Origin: Gemmatimonadota bacterium
GTDB lineage: Bacteria; Gemmatimonadota; Gemmatimonadetes; Gemmatimonadales; Gemmatimonadaceae
Direction of reading: 5' to 3'
Assembly: GCA_031372565.1 (NCBI GenBank)
Contig: JANMLN010000160.1
Coordinates: 1 to 16,733 of the forward strand
DNA: 16,733 nucleotides
Below are positions 15,834 through 16,733 of the stretch, one piece after another. The translations under genes and the position numbers were made by a program. The notes beneath the pieces are model-generated. The model made no database searches and was not told the origin of the DNA. It saw nothing but the letters and a program-made list of their open reading frames with translations. The first letter of the stretch is position 1; every line of letters begins with the position of its first letter.

Positions 15834-16458
15834 AGGCTGAAAGATAGTCGACCGAGGCCTGCCGAGCAGCGGCTGCGGAGTCGGCCCAGATGCCGCGAAT
15901 GGCGGCCATTCCACGGGCGCCAGCGGCCACCAGCGGCGCCACGCGGTCGGGGGTGATGCCGCCGATCGGGACCACGGGGAGCTGCACCCGGGCGCACAGC
16001 TCCTGGACGAACCGCTCGCCGCGCCCCTGCGCCCCCGCGTGCGTGGGGGTCTCGTACACGTGCCCGGCCACGACCCAGGCCGCTCCCTCGCGCTCGGCGA
16101 CCACCGCCTCGGTCACGGCATGCACGCTGGCGCCGACCACGAGCGCCGGGGCGATGCGGCGGGCGTCGGCCACGCGAAGGGAGCGCGTGGTGAGCTGCAC
16201 CCCCCAGGCCCCCACGGCCGCGGCCACGTCGACGCGATCGTTGATCACGAGCCGCGCGCCCGTGCGGGCCTGCTCGGGCACGAGCTGCTCGGCGAGTCGC
16301 GTGAGTTCACGCGCGTTGAGCGCGGCGCTCCGCAGGTGGACGGCCACGCGGGGGCCACCGGCTTCCATGATCGCGATCGCGCTGGCGACGAGGTCGCCAC
16401 GCAGGAGCACGTCGTCCGAGGTGACGGCGTGGAGGACGGGGAGGTCAGCCGAAGACAT
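15781..16458 (-). CDS. tenI: Thiamine-phosphate synthase superfamily protein, most like thiazole tautomerase TenI
   Basis: LHAVT, VHLR, INDRVD, GVQL, GASVH, GHVYETPTH, GAQGRG, IGGITPDR. It has HLR and GH where ThiE has QxR and GP, and lacks the TxTK lysine. ATG at 16458. Confidence 0.7.
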   Translation of the reverse strand: MSSADLPVLHAVTSDDVLLRGDLVASAIAIMEAGGPRVAVHLRSAALNARELTRLAEQLVPEQARTGARLVINDRVDVAAAVGAWGVQLTTRSLRVADARRIAPALVVGASVHAVTEAVVAEREGAAWVVAGHVYETPTHAGAQGRGERFVQELCARVQLPVVPIGGITPDRVAPLVAAGARGMAAIRGIWADSAAAARQASVDYLSAYDAALDRRGDDRPDRER

Positions 16459-16650
16459 CGCCGATCTTGATGCCGCGTCCGGCGGCCCAGTCGCGTGCGG
16501 AGAGGCGCTTGCGGCCGGCGGGGAGCACGGCGGCAATGCGGACGGCGCCAGCGCCGCAGCCGACGAGCATGCCGTCGGCGTTGACGTCGAGGACGCGCCC
16601 CCTGTCGTCCTGAGCGATGTCGTGGAGTGCGGAACGGAAGACCAGCTTGT
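16445..16650 (-). CDS. fmt: Methionyl-tRNA formyltransferase, C-terminal fragment
   Basis: GRVLDVNADGMLVGCGAGAVRIAAVLPAGRKRLSARDWAAGRG resembles the Fmt C-terminal domain (G.V......G..VACG.G.L.I..VQP.GK+.M...DF..G), and fmt-rsmB-PASTA-rpe synteny fits. The upstream boundary is unreliable because of low-complexity sequence. Confidence 0.8.
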
Positions 16651-16733
16651 TGGGGGTGGGGGGTGATGCACGGGCGTGGCATAGGGGGGGGCGGCAAGGG
16701 GGGAGGGTGGACACCCCCCCCGGGGGGGGGGGG

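Noticed and set aside
1160..16697. Long alternative-frame and antisense ORFs (e.g. 1160..2368 -, 8508..9590 +, 11295..12200 -, 14293..15243 +, 15042..15956 +) and the extended starts of rsmB, rpe, thiS and tenI
   Set aside because: Shadow ORFs expected at high GC. They overlap well-supported genes, are Arg/Ala/Pro-rich and carry no family motifs.
16650..16733. G-quadruplex or regulatory G-tract region
   Set aside because: Fmt similarity breaks down and the sequence decays into poly-G/C runs at the window end, typical of a low-quality read or contig end.

Overview
GC-rich bacterial window, probably Gemmatimonadota-like (inferred from gene order and content only). It has three parts. (1) 1-3606: the 3' end of an IS5-family element inserted into an SGNH-hydrolase gene, followed by a carbamoyltransferase / SxtJ-like / DUF5989 (SxtK-like) triad. 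(2) 3651-10214: a ~6.5 kb accessory module bracketed by two 73-nt structured direct repeats. It encodes a membrane-anchored SARP(wHTH-BTAD)-STAND NTPase regulator with an extracytoplasmic C-terminus, a deletion scar joining remnants of a second regulator and a second beta-propeller gene, and two divergent secreted beta-propeller proteins (a TolB-like lipoprotein and a PEP-CTERM protein). Both divergent promoters carry the same T(C/G)ACGG-N5-T(C/G)ACGG-N8-(-10) pattern, matching SARP-activated promoter geometry. (3) 10233-end: a minus-strand housekeeping operon fmt(3' end)-tenI/thiE-like-thiS-thiG-rsmB-PASTA-rpe-TlpA-tsaD. The last ~85 nt look like a low-quality poly-G contig end. The best candidate for an undescribed system is the transmembrane SARP-STAND regulator with its predicted operator boxes and surface beta-propeller targets, apparently once arranged as tandem units.
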